Source of the DNA: Octopus bimaculoides
Taxonomy: Eukaryota
Direction: 5' to 3'
Assembly: GCF_001194135.2 (NCBI RefSeq)
Contig: NC_068994.1
Coordinates: 11,112,760 to 11,171,121 of the forward strand
DNA: 58,362 nucleotides
The position numbers were made by a program, and so were the translations under genes. The notes below the pieces were generated by a model that was not told the DNA's origin, ran no database searches, and worked only from the letters and a program-made list of their open reading frames with translations. This document shows positions 39,587-52,833 of this stretch, piece after piece; the first letter of the stretch is position 1, and every line of letters begins with the position of its first letter.

Positions 39587-40347
39587 NNNNNNNNNNNNNN
39601 NNNNNNNNNNNNNNNNNNNNNNNNNNNNNNNNNNNNNNNNNNNNNNNNNNNNNNNNNNNNNNNNNNNNNNNNNNNNNNNNNNNNNNNNNNNNNNNNNNNN
39701 NNNNNNNNNNNNNNNNNNNNNNNNNNNNNNNNNNNNNNNNNNNNNNNNNNNNNNNNNNNNNNNNNNNNNNNNNNNNNNNNNNNNNNNNNNNNNNNNNNNN
39801 NNNNNNNNNNNNNNNNNNNNNNNNNNNNNNNNNNNNNNNNNNNNNNNNNNNNNNNNNNNNNNNNNNNNNNNNNNNNNNNNNNNNNNNNNNNNNNNNNNNN
39901 NNNNNNNNNNNNNNNNNNNNNNNNNNNNNNNNNNNNNNNNNNNNNNNNNNNNNNNNNNNNNNNNNNNNNNNNNNNNNNNNNNNNNNNNNNNNNNNNNNNN
40001 NNNNNNNNNNNNNNNNNNNNNNNNNNNNNNNNNNNNNNNNNNNNNNNNNNNNNNNNNNNNNNNNNNNNNNNNNNNNNNNNNNNNNNNNNNNNNNNNNNNN
40101 NNNNNNNNNNNNNNNNNNNNNNNNNNNNNNNNNNNNNNNNNNNNNNNNNNNNNNNNNNNNNNNNNNNNNNNNNNNNNNNNNNNNNNNNNNNNNNNNNNNN
40201 NNNNNNNNNNNNNNNNNNNNNNNNNNNNNNNNNNNNNNNNNNNNNNNNNNNNNNNNNNNNNNNNNNNNNNNNNNNNNNNNNNNNNNNNNNNNNNNNNNNN
40301 NNNNNNNNNNNNNNNNNNNNNNNNNNNNNNNNNNNNNNNNNNNNNNN

Positions 40348-40414
<67 letters not shown>

Positions 40415-41113
40415 CGTACTACAACAGTTAGCGTTTGTTATGGTGTTTTGTTCTGTCTTTTAAATGTTTCTCTTACTGTTTTAAATGTTTTATCTGTTGT
40501 GTAGAACGTGCCTAATGTAAGCTGTGACACTATGTTAGATGGGTAGGTGTTTTTGCTTTTGTTTTTGTTTTTTTTGCAAGTGGTGAATGGGTGAGTTGTT
40601 TTCTATTGTGCTACATGTTTGGTGCTGGGTGTTTTTCAGTGCGGGGCTTCGATAGTGCTGTGTGGATTTTATCTATTATCAGGTGGCAAACGTGTAGAAT
40701 GTAAAATATGTGAGTTGTTGGTGTTTACAGTATAGTAATAGTTACCTCTGATGTATAAGCGTACGTTGTGTTAGTTTTATTGGTTGTTGACTGCGTTTTT
40801 CCATGTGTTGTGTTCACCATTTGAAGGCAGAAAGCGGATATATCAGCTCAAAATTTTTATTACAGTTAACTGCGGAGAGCGGTTTTACTCTACGGCTTTG
40901 AAAAAAAAAAAAAAGACTTCCGTTCTGCTGCAAGAAATGAAGACAATACTGGGTTACTCTTTTTAGAAAAGAAAAAAACAAATTTTTCAGAGTTTCTTAA
41001 TATTTTTTCACATATTTCATCAAATATATCTTTACAGAACCATAGCCAAATATTTTTAGCGCTGTATATCAAAACTGCTTTTACAGGATATGCTGAAAAT
41101 ATATTGCAGAAGC

Positions 41114-41491
41114 GTGGAGGCGCAATGGCCCAGTGGTTAGGGCAGTGGATTCGCGGTCATAGGATCGTGGTTTCGATTCCCAGACCGAGCGTTGTGAGTG
41201 TTTATTGAGCAAAAACGCCTAAAAAGCTCCACGAGGCTCCTGCAGGGGGTGGTGGCGAACCCTGCTGTACTCTTTCACCACAACTTTCTCTCACTCTTAC
41301 TTCCTGTTTCTGTTGTGCCTGTAATTCAAAGGGCCAGCCTTGTCACACTATATGTCACGCTGAATCTCCATGAGAACTAACGTGTCTGTGGAGTGCTCAG
41401 CCACTTGCATGTTAATTTCACGAGCAGGCTGTTCCGTTGATCGGATCAACTGGAACCCTCGACGTCGTAACCGACGGCGTACCAACAACAA
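41114..41491 (+). mobile_element. Full-length tRNA(Arg)-like SINE (family C) with 11 bp TSD
   Basis: A box tggcccagtggttagg, TCG in the anticodon position, B-box-like ggtttcgattccc, (CAA)n tail; TSD attgcagaagc at 41103-41113 and 41492-41502. Confidence 0.92.
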
Positions 41492-41687
41492 ATTGCAGAA
41501 GCAGAAAATATCAACTCTACCACTTGGTGGATAATTCTTTATACTTCAGGCACAAAACCTGAAATTTTTGTGGAGCAGTCTAGTCTATTACAACAACTCC
41601 AGTGAGTGGTACTCATTTGTTGTTGTTGGCAGAATATCCAATTACTAAAACGAGTAAAGCATAAAACATATAACGTAAAAGGTAGTC

Positions 41688-41994
41688 TTTTTTTCTTTTA
41701 TTCTTTGACTTGTGTCAGTCATTTGACTGCGGCCATGCTGGAACACCAACTTTAGTCGAAGAAATCGACCCCAGGACTTATTCTTTGCAACCCTGGTACT
41801 TATTCTGTCGGTCGCTTTTGCCGATTCGCTAGGTTTCGGAGACGTAAACACACCAAAATGGGTTGTCAAGCGATGGTAGGGGGAAAAACACAGACACATA
41901 CACACATAAATGTGTGTGTATATATATATGTATGTATAGATATATATAAATATGTATGTACATGTGTATATATGCGTGTGTATATGTGTATTTA

Positions 41995-42032
<38 letters not shown>

Positions 42033-42186
42033 AAGGTTTCTTTCAGTTTCCGTCAACCAAATCCACTCACAAGGCTTAACTTTGCCCAAGGCTATAGTAA
42101 AAGACACTAGCACAAGGTGCCACGCAGTGGGACTGAACCTGGGACCATGTGGTTAGGACACAAGCTCCTTACCATACAGCCACTCG
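41688..42186 (-). mobile_element. Full-length composite SINE family B: tRNA-like head, internal (TA/TG) microsatellite, 3' body
   Basis: Head at 42030-42186, microsatellite at 41905-42030, body at 41688-41905; halves also occur separately elsewhere in the window. Confidence 0.75.
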
Positions 42187-42345
42187 TCTTCTCCTGGATA
42201 TACTTGCATATCTAGCCATGTATATATGCATGTGTGTGTATGTATGTATGAATGTGTGTGTGTGAGTGTATGTATGCATATATTATTATACTAAAATCCA
42301 GAATTCCTGTGAATTACAGCAAAACTTGAACAGCAGTGTTCGACT

Positions 42346-42810
42346 GTACTGGCTAAGTTTCGCCACTCTTAAGAAGAATCTGCGATGGTCACTACAGTAC
42401 GATAACAATAAACTGTGTGCTAAGGCTTCATGAAGTGGTATAGTATGCCACCAGCTATCTTAAAAATCGGCGATGCAAGCCAGTACTGTCGATCGCTCTA
42501 CGGTACAAGTACTGCTGTTTTTCAAAAGATTTGTAGTTTTTCTTATGATAATATATTTAATCTCTTAACTGATCGAGTGCTATATTACTCGTTGAAGCCT
42601 TACTACACAGCTTATTGGTGCTGTACTAGAATGACCGTCTCAGGTTCTTCTCAAGACTGGCGATGCTTCTTAAGACTAGCCAGTACTGCCGAGCACTCTA
42701 CGACACAAGTGTTGCGTTATTTCACAAGACGTCTGGTTTTTATTGTAATAGCATCTTAGATCTCAGCCGAGCGAATGCTATACTACTCGCTTAAGCCTTA
42801 TCACACAATA
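42346..42810. repeat. Diverged 200 bp tandem pair plus an inverted partial copy
   Basis: gccagtactg at 42479 and 42679; tact(a/c)ctcg...aagcctta in both units; 42346-42400 is the reverse complement of about 42623-42687. Confidence 0.8.
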
Positions 42811-42963
42811 TGTATGTATACATACATAATACATACATGCATACATACATAAATACATACGTACACACACAAACATACACACATTTGAATCTGTTGGAGT
42901 GTATTGAGAATAAATATACAAACCCTTGTGTCATATCTCACAGTACACAGTGCAAATATCGGC

Positions 42964-43140
42964 TTCAAATTTTGGGACAAGGCCAGTACTTTCGGGGGAG
43001 GGGGTAAGTTTTTTTGCCACAAACCCCAGTATTCAACTGGTACTTATTTTATTGACCACGAAATGGTGAAAAGCAAATTCGACCTCGGCGAAATTTGAAC
43101 TCAGAAAGTTAAGACTAACGATATACCGCTAAGAATATTA
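42964..43140 (-). mobile_element. SINE family A
   Basis: accccagtattcaactggtacttattttattgacc...gacctcggcgaaatttgaactcagaa. Confidence 0.8.
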
Positions 43141-43282
43141 TTGCCCGGTTCGGCAAAAAGAGCCCGATAGAATAAGTACCAGGCTTACAAAGAATAAGTC
43201 CTGGGGTCTATTTATTCGACTAGAGGTGGTGGTCCAGCATGACCGCAGTCAAATGACTGAAACATGTAAAAGAGTAAAAGAG
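43141..43282 (+). mobile_element. SINE family B, 3' half with AAAAGAGT tail
   Basis: ggttcggcaaaaagagcccgatagaataagtacc...cagcatgaccgcagtcaaatgactgaaacatgtaaaagagtaaaagagt. Confidence 0.8.
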
Positions 43283-43473
43283 TATATATATATATAAGAA
43301 AATATACAGGGTAGGAAAATTATAGAAATTTATCTACCCGTGGCTATAATGTATAAAATAGTCAATAGACAACATATTTTTCACATAAAATTAGTGTACA
43401 TTTAAACACAAAAGAGGTGACCCAACCAGGACACCTTACACTGTTCCTCCATACATATATACATATACATATA

Positions 43474-43631
43474 TACGACGGGCTTCTTTCAGTTTCCTTC
43501 TACCAAATCCACTCACAAGGCTTTTGGTCGGCCCCAGGCTACACTTGCCCAAGGTGCCTCGCAGTGGAACTGAACCCGGAACCATGTTGTTGGGGAGCTA
43601 GTTACTTACTACACAGCCACTCTTGTGCCTA
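43474..43631 (-). mobile_element. SINE family B, 5' half
   Basis: acgacgggcttctttcagtttcc...aaatccactcacaaggct...gcagtggaactgaacccggaaccatg. Confidence 0.8.
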
Positions 43632-43783
43632 CACACATACGCACACACACACATGCATGCACGCACACACGTANNNNNNNNNNNNNNNNNNNNNNNNNNN
43701 NNNNNNNNNNNNNNNNNNNNNNNNNNNNNNNNNNNNNNNNNNNNNNNNNNNNNNNNNNNNNNNNNNNNNNNNNNNNNNNNNNN

Positions 43784-43814
<31 letters not shown>

Positions 43815-44492
43815 ATGTATATTGTATGTATATAAACATGCTGATGCATATACGTGTGTATATGCGCCTGTGTTTGTGTATGTATATATGTGCACATAGG
43901 TACATAGAAAGAAGTAATATATATGACGTAACGAAGTATCAAGCTACCAAATGTTTTTGGGGGAGAATGTTCACCAGTTTGAAATATAAAACTGTACTGA
44001 ACGCCAGTAATATATTCATATATTCAGATCTAGCCCAGGGCCGTTCTTCAAACGGACGTTGTATGTTGTTGCTGCAAAAACAACACGCTGGTATTTTGTC
44101 TGTATGAGTGTATGCAAGTAAGCCTATAATGCACACATAGCTTTGCTCTATGTGCAGTTGTTACGTGCGTGGTACATGTGTGTACATTCATATATGCATA
44201 TTTATATATACCTATACACACACGACACACACATACATTGACATACATATACACACACGACACACAAGCGCATACATATATGCTACATTAGTACATATAT
44301 GTCTATATATAAAAAATTGAAAAAAGTCTGTCTTTATTTCTGCCGTCTTTGGGAAAATCTTAATGTTTTTCCTAAAAGTCTTGTAATATTTTCTTCTTGT
44401 ATTCCATTTGTCTTCTTTTAGTTATTCTTAATCTTGTTACCTTAATTCGCTCTTCTTCATTATTTTCGTATTATTTCTTCTCTCTACCTCTC

Positions 44493-44566
<74 letters not shown>

Positions 44567-44712
44567 TATCCTTCTCATTCTATCTGCTTATAGATTCCCT
44601 AAACTTTGTCTCTACCAAAATATATCTTTATTTCCTTCACCCAAATTTACCCTAACACACTCGGGTAGTAAACACGAAATTCTTTTTTCTCTCTCTTTCT
44701 CTGTCTGTCTGA

Positions 44713-44782
<70 letters not shown>

Positions 44783-44793
44783 ATATGTATATA

Positions 44794-44920
44794 TTAGGTT
44801 ATCCCAATAATAATACAGTTTCTTTCAACTGCATGAGCTAAACTTCGGAGGGGGACGGCTTAAACTACCTGCATCAATTTGCTATAAAAGCAGGTAATAA
44901 TTTTACCTTATTTAGGTTTA
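44794..44920 (+). mobile_element. Mariner 5' end fragment (same family as 57644-58346)
   Basis: aaactacctgcatcaatttgctataaaagcaggtaataattttacctt matches the reverse complement of about 58230-58280. Confidence 0.75.
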
Positions 44921-46354
44921 AATGATTTTATGTTTTTGATGTTGTCTTTTTGTTTATGATCTGTTCCATATGATCAAAATGTCTACCGCCCCTCTCTGCG
45001 ATGTTTACCAATCTTTATCTAAGAGAAAGGTCCATAGAAGTGGGCCACTAGAGCCAGGTATCAGTGTGATTGCAGGCTTTGTTGTCTAGACGCAAAAAAA
45101 CATGTACAAAAAGAAGCATCGAAGGTCCTTCCTGGGTCATTGATTCATATGGATGATTTCCCTGATTTTGTGACGCAGAGAAAAGTTATGAATGAGCGAA
45201 AAAATAAGGAAAGGAGTAAAGAATGAATGGAGGAAATAAAGAGAAAGGTAAAAAGAATTAATTAATTAATTAATTAATAAAAGAAGAAAGCAAAATAATG
45301 AATGAGTGAATGAACGAATGAATCCAAGAACGAATGAAAAATTAATGCGTGAAAATAAAAAGAGGATGAAGAAATGAACGAAAGAATGACATGAAAGGAA
45401 TAGAAGGAAAAAATGAATGAAAGAGTAAAAGAAAGAAAGCAACACTGATCAAATACATTCAATCCGTGACCGTCACGTTTTTATGAGTAGAGTCACGTAA
45501 GACTATATAGTCTTGTAGGATTACAGCTTTGAAGATCCATGTTGGCACAACTATGGCCCACCTGTATTTAAGACGGTCCGATCTGAACTGAGGGTGACTT
45601 GGCTACCATTTATAACAGTCGGTCTTGGAGAACCGATTAAATATATTTTTACTCTTTCATCGACTTTTTATTGAAGTCAATGGGCTGTGATTTAAGTAAA
45701 GGAAGATTAGCTAATTGTTTCTAGCAGTCCTGGATACCTCATGGGGACTCCTTCATCGAGGTATTTAATACTTAAGACATTAGGATGTGATTTGATGAAG
45801 ATTATACTCCTATTTCTAGCTGGTGGGAAAACCACGAAATGGCTCTCTAACATTATTCGATGCAGTGTTTTGGTAGTTTATACATTGGTAAATCTACCAA
45901 TTATCTCTTCAGGAAATCTCATCGAATCTAGAGATTCTGAGAAATGATAGTCGCGTAGAAAAATCTGCATTGTGTTCATGTGGAACAGAACTTGAACAAA
46001 ATTGAGAACAAAAAACGTATATAAACATAGCATTCTGTATATCTTTTTTAATGTGGTTATACAGTTAAGAGTCAAAAAACTGCAGTATTCGTCTTCAGAA
46101 AGAATGTCGTGTAGATATATAGTACTAAAAACCAGGGATCAAGATTTATGTTTTTTGGGGGTCTTTTTTGTTAGTGATAACGCTCAAAGAAGCATAAATC
46201 GAGATTCTGAAATTCCATCGTTGGCACTGAACAAATTTCATCCGCTTTTATGCTTTTTATGCTTTTTAGCAATACACGACTACGAGATGCCTTCTCAGAA
46301 CGAATACTATTGTTTTCTGGCTTTCAACAATATATCCACATTAAGTTAGATATA

Positions 46355-46420
46355 CGAGGAGGTGCAGAAAAGTTCTTAGCTGTAAGAGTATCGCGAAAGG
46401 CCTGACTGGAGGCCCAACAG
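46355..46420 (+). mobile_element. Possible mariner-type TIR fragment
   Basis: TA|CGAGGAGGTGCAGAAAAGTTC resembles TA|CGAGGG-type mariner termini; no partner TIR seen. Confidence 0.45.
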
Positions 46421-47199
46421 ATATGTAGATGAATTTTTTAAATGAATGCAATAGACCCCTAATTTATTGGCTCTATTCTGTATTTAAGAATAGCCAAGTC
46501 ACGCTCTAAATTGAGGTGACTTAGCTATTAAGGACCGATCAAGTGTATTGTCACTCTATTACCGACTTGTTTCCACATTTTAGACAATATGCAATGATTT
46601 CAATAAAATTCAATTGCTGGTTTTAGCAAGTGGAGCAACAAACAACAAAGAGGATCGTTTATCGACATATTTCCATATTTGATTCACTCTGACATGATTT
46701 GAGCCACATTTGGTTGTGGTTCTGAGCAGATTGAGTGACAGCATAGATGTTCCCTCATTGACTTCTTTTCGTATTCAAGACGATAAAACAGGATATGAAT
46801 AAGATTCGCTTCTATTTCTAGCTGATCGAGCAACCACGAAATGGCTACAACATTGGCCGGTGAAATATTTTGGTAGTTTACAGACAGGTAAATTTCAGTG
46901 AATCTAAAGACCCTGACAAGTAATAGGTGCATTTAAAATTCTACACTGTGTTCGTATGGAAGAGAACTTGAACAGAAACGTGTCGCTAAAAACATAGAGA
47001 TATATCTAAACAGACAAACAAAGAGGCAACCTCGTTCGGTGACTCTTTTCCGTATTTAAGATGGTAAGATCTGAATTGGAGGTGACTTGGCTACAAACTT
47101 TAACAGTTTTGGACAATTGATCAAATGTTTGTTCCCTCCTTCAGCTACTCGCTTTATATCTAACATAATGTGGTGTGACTTGAGCAAGATTTTGTTACT

Positions 47200-47730
47200 G
47201 ATTTTAGCCAGTGAATCGACAATATAGACGTTCTCTTATCGACACGTTTTTATATTTAAAACAGTAGGATGATACGAGGGCCACCCGGCTTCTTTTTCTA
47301 GCCGGTCGATCGACCACGTAGAGGGTTCCTCTCATCGACACATATCCATATTTAAAGCGGTAAGTTATTACATGAGGACGATCTGGCTCCTTTATATTTC
47401 TAGCTGATCGAACGATCACGTAGAGAGTTCTGCACATCGACGCATTTTCATATTCAAAACGGTCAGATGAGATATGAAGACGATCGAATTTCTATTTCTA
47501 GCTGGTCGAACAGCCAGGTAGAGCGTTCATCACATCAACACACTTCCATATTGAAGACGGTAGGATATGATATATGCAGCATTCGGTTTCTATTTCTAAC
47601 TGATCGAGTGGCCACGTAGAGGGTTTCTCACAGCAACACATCTTCATATCTAAGACGGTACGATGTGATATGAAGAAGATTCGGCTTCTATTTCTAGCTG
47701 ATTGATATACTACACGGAGGATTTCTCATC
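47200..47730 (+). repeat. 98 bp minisatellite, about 5.5 diverged units
   Basis: tttcta(g/a)c anchors at 47299, 47401, 47499, 47597 and 47695. Confidence 0.9.
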
Positions 47731-47925
47731 GGCACGCTTCCTCAACTTGGGCCCATATTGTCCTTTGGGGCCCCATATTGTCCATGGGGGCCCATATAAG
47801 ATTTTGTTGATAAAATTTATTGGTAATAAATTGGTTATATTTCTACAATGCAAAAAATATTTTAAATTTTTAAATTATGATTTAAGTCTTAATGATACTT
47901 AATTATATAAATACAATAAAACATG

Positions 47926-47975
47926 GGCATGTGGCGTAGTGGTTAAGAGTGCGGACTACTAACCCCAAGATTCCG
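47926..47975 (+). mobile_element. Isolated tRNA-like SINE head
   Basis: ggcatgtggcgtagtggttaagagtgcggactact has an A box but no intact T-arm or acceptor stem. Confidence 0.5.
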
Positions 47976-48682
47976 GGGTGCATTGGGTCCTATGAAAGGA
48001 AAGCTTAATATTACTCAGAGCGTATGGAACAAGGGCTAGACTAAAACTCTGGAAACAGGTACTAGCGTGTAAGAAAAATTTCAGAAAATTCTTTCTACGA
48101 GGAAAAGTTTAAGATGATAGGATGTGACATGAGAAGAAGTCAGCTTCTATTTCTAGTTGGTCGAGGTTTCAACATTGGTCGGCGCAATATTTTGGTAGTG
48201 TATACACTGGTAAATCTAGCAATTATCTCTCCAGGAAATCTCAGCGAGTCAAAAGATCTTGAGAAGCGATAGGTGCATACAAAAAAAAACTGCATTGTGT
48301 CCATGTGGAATATAACTTGAACAATAAATAAATAAATAAATAAATGAATAAACAACACAGCAAAGACAAAGAGAAATATAGAAAAACAAAAAACAGGCAA
48401 TTAACAAAAAAATAAATGAAGTAAAAAAACATGCAAAAAAAGAAAAAAATAGTAAAAAAAAGCAAATCTGATAAATACTTACAGCACGTGCTTAACTGGA
48501 TTTCAGTGCATAATCAATGTTATTTCTTCCTTCCTTTCTTCCACGTTTTCTTCTTTTGTTTTGTTTTTGTGTATATTTGTTTGTGGTCATTTATTCTATT
48601 TTTTTGTTTGTTATTGTTTTTATTCTCTTTCTTTTTTCATTCATTTCCCTTGATTTCTTCTCTACGTTCTCGCTCTTACACA

Positions 48683-48716
<34 letters not shown>

Positions 48717-48917
48717 NNNNNNNNNNNNNNNNNNNNNNNNNNNNNNNNNNNNNNNNNNNNNNNNNNNNNNNNNNNNNNNNNNNNNNNNNNNNNNNNNNNN
48801 NNNNNNNNNNNNNNNNNNNNNNNNNNNNNNNNNNNNNNNNNNNNNNNNNNNNNNNNNNNNNNNNNNNNNNNNNNNNNNNNNNNNNNNNNNNNNNNNNNNN
48901 NNNNNNTACACACACAC

Positions 48918-48956
<39 letters not shown>

Positions 48957-50337
48957 TACACACACATACACACGCGTGCGCGCACGCCGATCCGCTTTTA
49001 TGCATGCACGCACGTAGATACACACACACACTCATGCATACACAAACACGCACACACACACATACACACATATACACACATGTGTGCGCGCCAATGTACA
49101 TTCATACGTGCACACACATACACAAACGTGTGCGCGCGCCCATGCGCCTTCATACACACACAAACACAGAAACGCACACGCACGCACACACACACAAATA
49201 CACACACACAAGCGCATATGATCTTGCTCAATTGCAAGCAAGTGCAATTGTGTACAAGCAAAAAATCGTTAAAACACGAATGCGTACCTATATAGAACCG
49301 AGTATGTTTACACCTGTATGTCTATAAACACAAACAAACATACCCGCCATAAATCAGGCATGCATGTGTTTGTGCGTGTATATAATTATATATCTATGCA
49401 TATATGTATGTATATACACATACACACAAATCCGTAAAAACATACACGCACGCACACGTGCACGCATCCATACACACGTATACGCACACAGACAGACACA
49501 TACACACACGCACACACACACACACACAAACACACGAATATCTGTACTCTGATACACATGCACACATATATACACAATATATATGAATTCACATTTACAC
49601 ACGTATACATGCATCTGTTCGTATATATATATNNNNNNNNNNNNNNNNNNNNNNNNNNNNNNNNNNNNNNNNNNNNNNNNNNNNNNNNNNNNNNNNNNNN
49701 NNNNNNNNNNNNNNNNNNNNNNNNNNNNNNNNNNNNNNNNNNNNNNNNNNNNNNNNNNNNNNNNNNNNNNNNNNNNNNNNNNNNNNNNNNNNNNNNNNNN
49801 NNNNNNNNNNNNNNNNNNNNNNNNNNNNNNNNNNNNNNNNNNNNNNNNNNNNNNNNNNNNNNNNNNNNNNNNNNNNNNNNNNNNNNNNNNNNNNNNNNNN
49901 NNNNNNNNNNNNNNNNNNNNNNNNNNNNNNNNNNNNNNNNNNNNNNNNNNNNNNNNNNNNNNNNNNNNNNNNNNNNNNNNNNNNNNNNNNNNNNNNNNNN
50001 NNNNNNNNNNNNNNNNNNNNNNNNNNNNNNNNNNNNNNNNNNNNNNNNNNNNNNNNNNNNNNNNNNNNNNNNNNNNNNNNNNNNNNNNNNNNNNNNNNNN
50101 NNNNNNNNNNNNNNNNNNNNNNNNNNNNNNNNNNNNNNNNNNNNNNNNNNNNNNNNNNNNNNNNNNNNNNNNNNNNNNNNNNNNNNNNNNNNNNNNNNNN
50201 NNNNNNNNNNNNNNNNNNNNNNNNNNNNNNNNNNNNNNNNNNNNNNNNNNNNNNNNNNNNNNNNNNNNNNNNNNNNNNNNNNNNNNNNNNNNNNNNNNNN
50301 NNNNNNNNNNNNNNNNNNNNNNNNNNNNNNNNNNNNN

Positions 50338-50388
<51 letters not shown>

Positions 50389-51266
50389 TATATATGCATG
50401 TATATAAACCTACTTCGTGTATGTGTATTTGGTGTGTGTGTGTGTGTGTGTCTGGAAAAATTAAAGAAGTAAATAAGTGATAGTTGAAACGGTGAGTGTG
50501 TTAAATAATAAGGTACGAAAAGAAAATGACACTCCACAGGCACAACAAAATATGCTTCAACACACTAACTCACATAAAGAATCTTGCGTACCAATCTCAA
50601 AATGAAATATACTGTATATTTAAATATATGTATATATATATATATATAATTAGATATGTATGTGTGTGTTTGCATGTGTGTATGTGTGTGTCCGTGTGTG
50701 TGTCCGTGTGTGTGTGTAATTATAAAAAAAACACTTCGCACTTATAACAAAATTATTCTATTTTCAAGTGTTTTTGGTTATTGGCGCTACATTATATGGT
50801 CATTACATTATAGCTCCAATCTCTAAACTTCTTTTCTTCTAAGTTCAGCACTGTGGTAATCACTTTGCACAACAAAAATATTTTCATTAAATTATGAAGT
50901 CTAATTACTACTACAGTTAATTTTTCGTTTCGGTAATTTTAAATTTGATTTAAAATATTTATTTCACTGATTTTTGCTCTCTTGCAAAGAACAGCAAATT
51001 AGATATATTTTATCTGGAATGTATATGAGACGTGTGTACTCATTGCTAGTATGATAGACTTAAGTGATACAATCTTCATAGTACTTAATGAATAATTTCT
51101 TGATATGAAGTCACAATTACGTAATTCACTGCTAGGTATTAGTTCATTCTACATCATTCTTCAGTAGAAAAGCAGCATGGGAACACTTGCTTTTCGTTTC
51201 GGCAATGTATACATGTATATACCAGAGTTCTGTAAAAGTGAACGCTGAACACATAAAAGTACAAAT

Positions 51267-51652
51267 GTGTTTGGCACTCCGTCGGTTACGACAACCAAGG
51301 TTCCAGTTGATCCGGTCAACAGAACAACCTGCTCGTGAAATTAACGTGCAAGTGGCTGAGCACTCCACAGACATGTGTACCCTTAACGTAGTTCTCAGGG
51401 AAATTCAGCGTGACACAGATTGGGACAAGGCTGGCCCTTTGAAATACAAGTACAACAGAAACAGGAAGAAAGCGTGAAAGAAAGTTGTGGTGAAAGAGTA
51501 CAGCAAGGTTCGCCACCATCCCCTGCCGGAGCCTCGTGGAACTTTAGGTGTTTTCGCTAAATAAACACTCACAACGCCCGGGTTGGGAATCGAAACTGCG
51601 ATCCTACCACTGCGAGTCCGCTGCCCTAACCACTGGGCCATTGTGCTTCCAC
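51267..51652 (-). mobile_element. Full-length SINE family C with 12 bp TSD
   Basis: Reverse complement of 41114-41491; TSD aaaagtacaaat at 51255-51266 and 51653-51664. Confidence 0.92.
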
Positions 51653-52833
51653 AAAAGTACAAATATACATATCACCTCTCTCGTATGAATGATTTTGCAA
51701 TCGGTTTGAATAAACGATTGCTCACGCGGCTTGATAAACAAAAAATACTTATTAAATTATATAATGGAGCTTACTATGAATTTTATTCACCTCTTTTAAT
51801 CATATCACAATTGTCGGGCGTGACTAATTGCTTGAAAATCTATTGATTATTTTGAACATCTACTTGTTCCGTTGCAAATAAAAATTCTAGAATGGTATCT
51901 TGCTCTTTTCCTCATCCTATGTGCTATCATTCAGCTATTTGGAAACGTAATGGGCATCAGTAAATATCCTTTCTTTTATAAGCACAAGGCCTGAAATTTT
52001 GATCGATATAATCGACTTACCCCGCCTCTCAACAATTCCTGGCTCTGTACCAAAATTTGAGAATATCATTTTATATTTGGTTCCACTTTGTTGTGACTAG
52101 TCGTGATACTTTATGGCTTGGGAATATCAGTAGACCATTTTCTGACTATTGAAAACAATGTGAATACTGTATATAGTATTCAATTTACATAGCTGTAATT
52201 TTATTGTCAGCTGGTGCTTATAACTTCTGTATGCAGAAGTTCCTTGGTAAAGGGTTAACTAATTAATCTCCGATGGCATCGAAATAACCTTCAACGTAAG
52301 GTTATACTTGAATTTGTTACTACTCCACAACAAGCTTTTATTGTAATTTATTTTATGTTCTGGGTTTCTCATTTCAAATACCCATGTACAACTTTTGTTG
52401 GTAAACTTGAATTTTCAATGCCCTTTGGGAAGAGGTCAATGTCCGATTTTATTTCATGTTTCTCTTCATATTTCTATTAATGATTCCATTTTCATATTTG
52501 TAAACATGATCAAGGTATTTTTAGAGATCGCTTTTTAGTTTATTTCTGAGAGATGGGAATTCGCTGATATAATATTAGGCTCGTGTTTTTCTATGATGTT
52601 ACTGTTACTGAGAAAAATATAAAATATAAAGATTTCTCTTGAAAGTGAAATAATTAGCAACATAGACCAGTTTCTTAGAACTTAGAAGACAACAGATCGA
52701 ATTTAGAAGTTTTGATAAGCGTTGCATTAAGTCTGGAGAAGAATGAAGTACTCAAGGTGTTATAAGATGTGTGAGAACATTAAGTCCCTAAAATGTTAGT
52801 GAATGACACAAACTGATATTTGTTCGACTCGCT

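Larger units (their letters stand above)
45560..48325 (+). repeat. Locally triplicated mosaic repeat region
   Basis: Module tatttctag...acatt...attttggtagt.ta.ac..ggtaaat...aacttgaaca near 45820, 46815 and 48148; module tatttaaga...gaggtgactt.gcta near 45570, 46480 and 47053. Confidence 0.75.

Noticed and set aside
41114-41190. tRNA-Arg gene
   Set aside because: No proper acceptor stem; continues into a SINE body with TSDs.
52300-52560. Possible antisense Penelope endonuclease relic
   Set aside because: Motifs too degraded to support.
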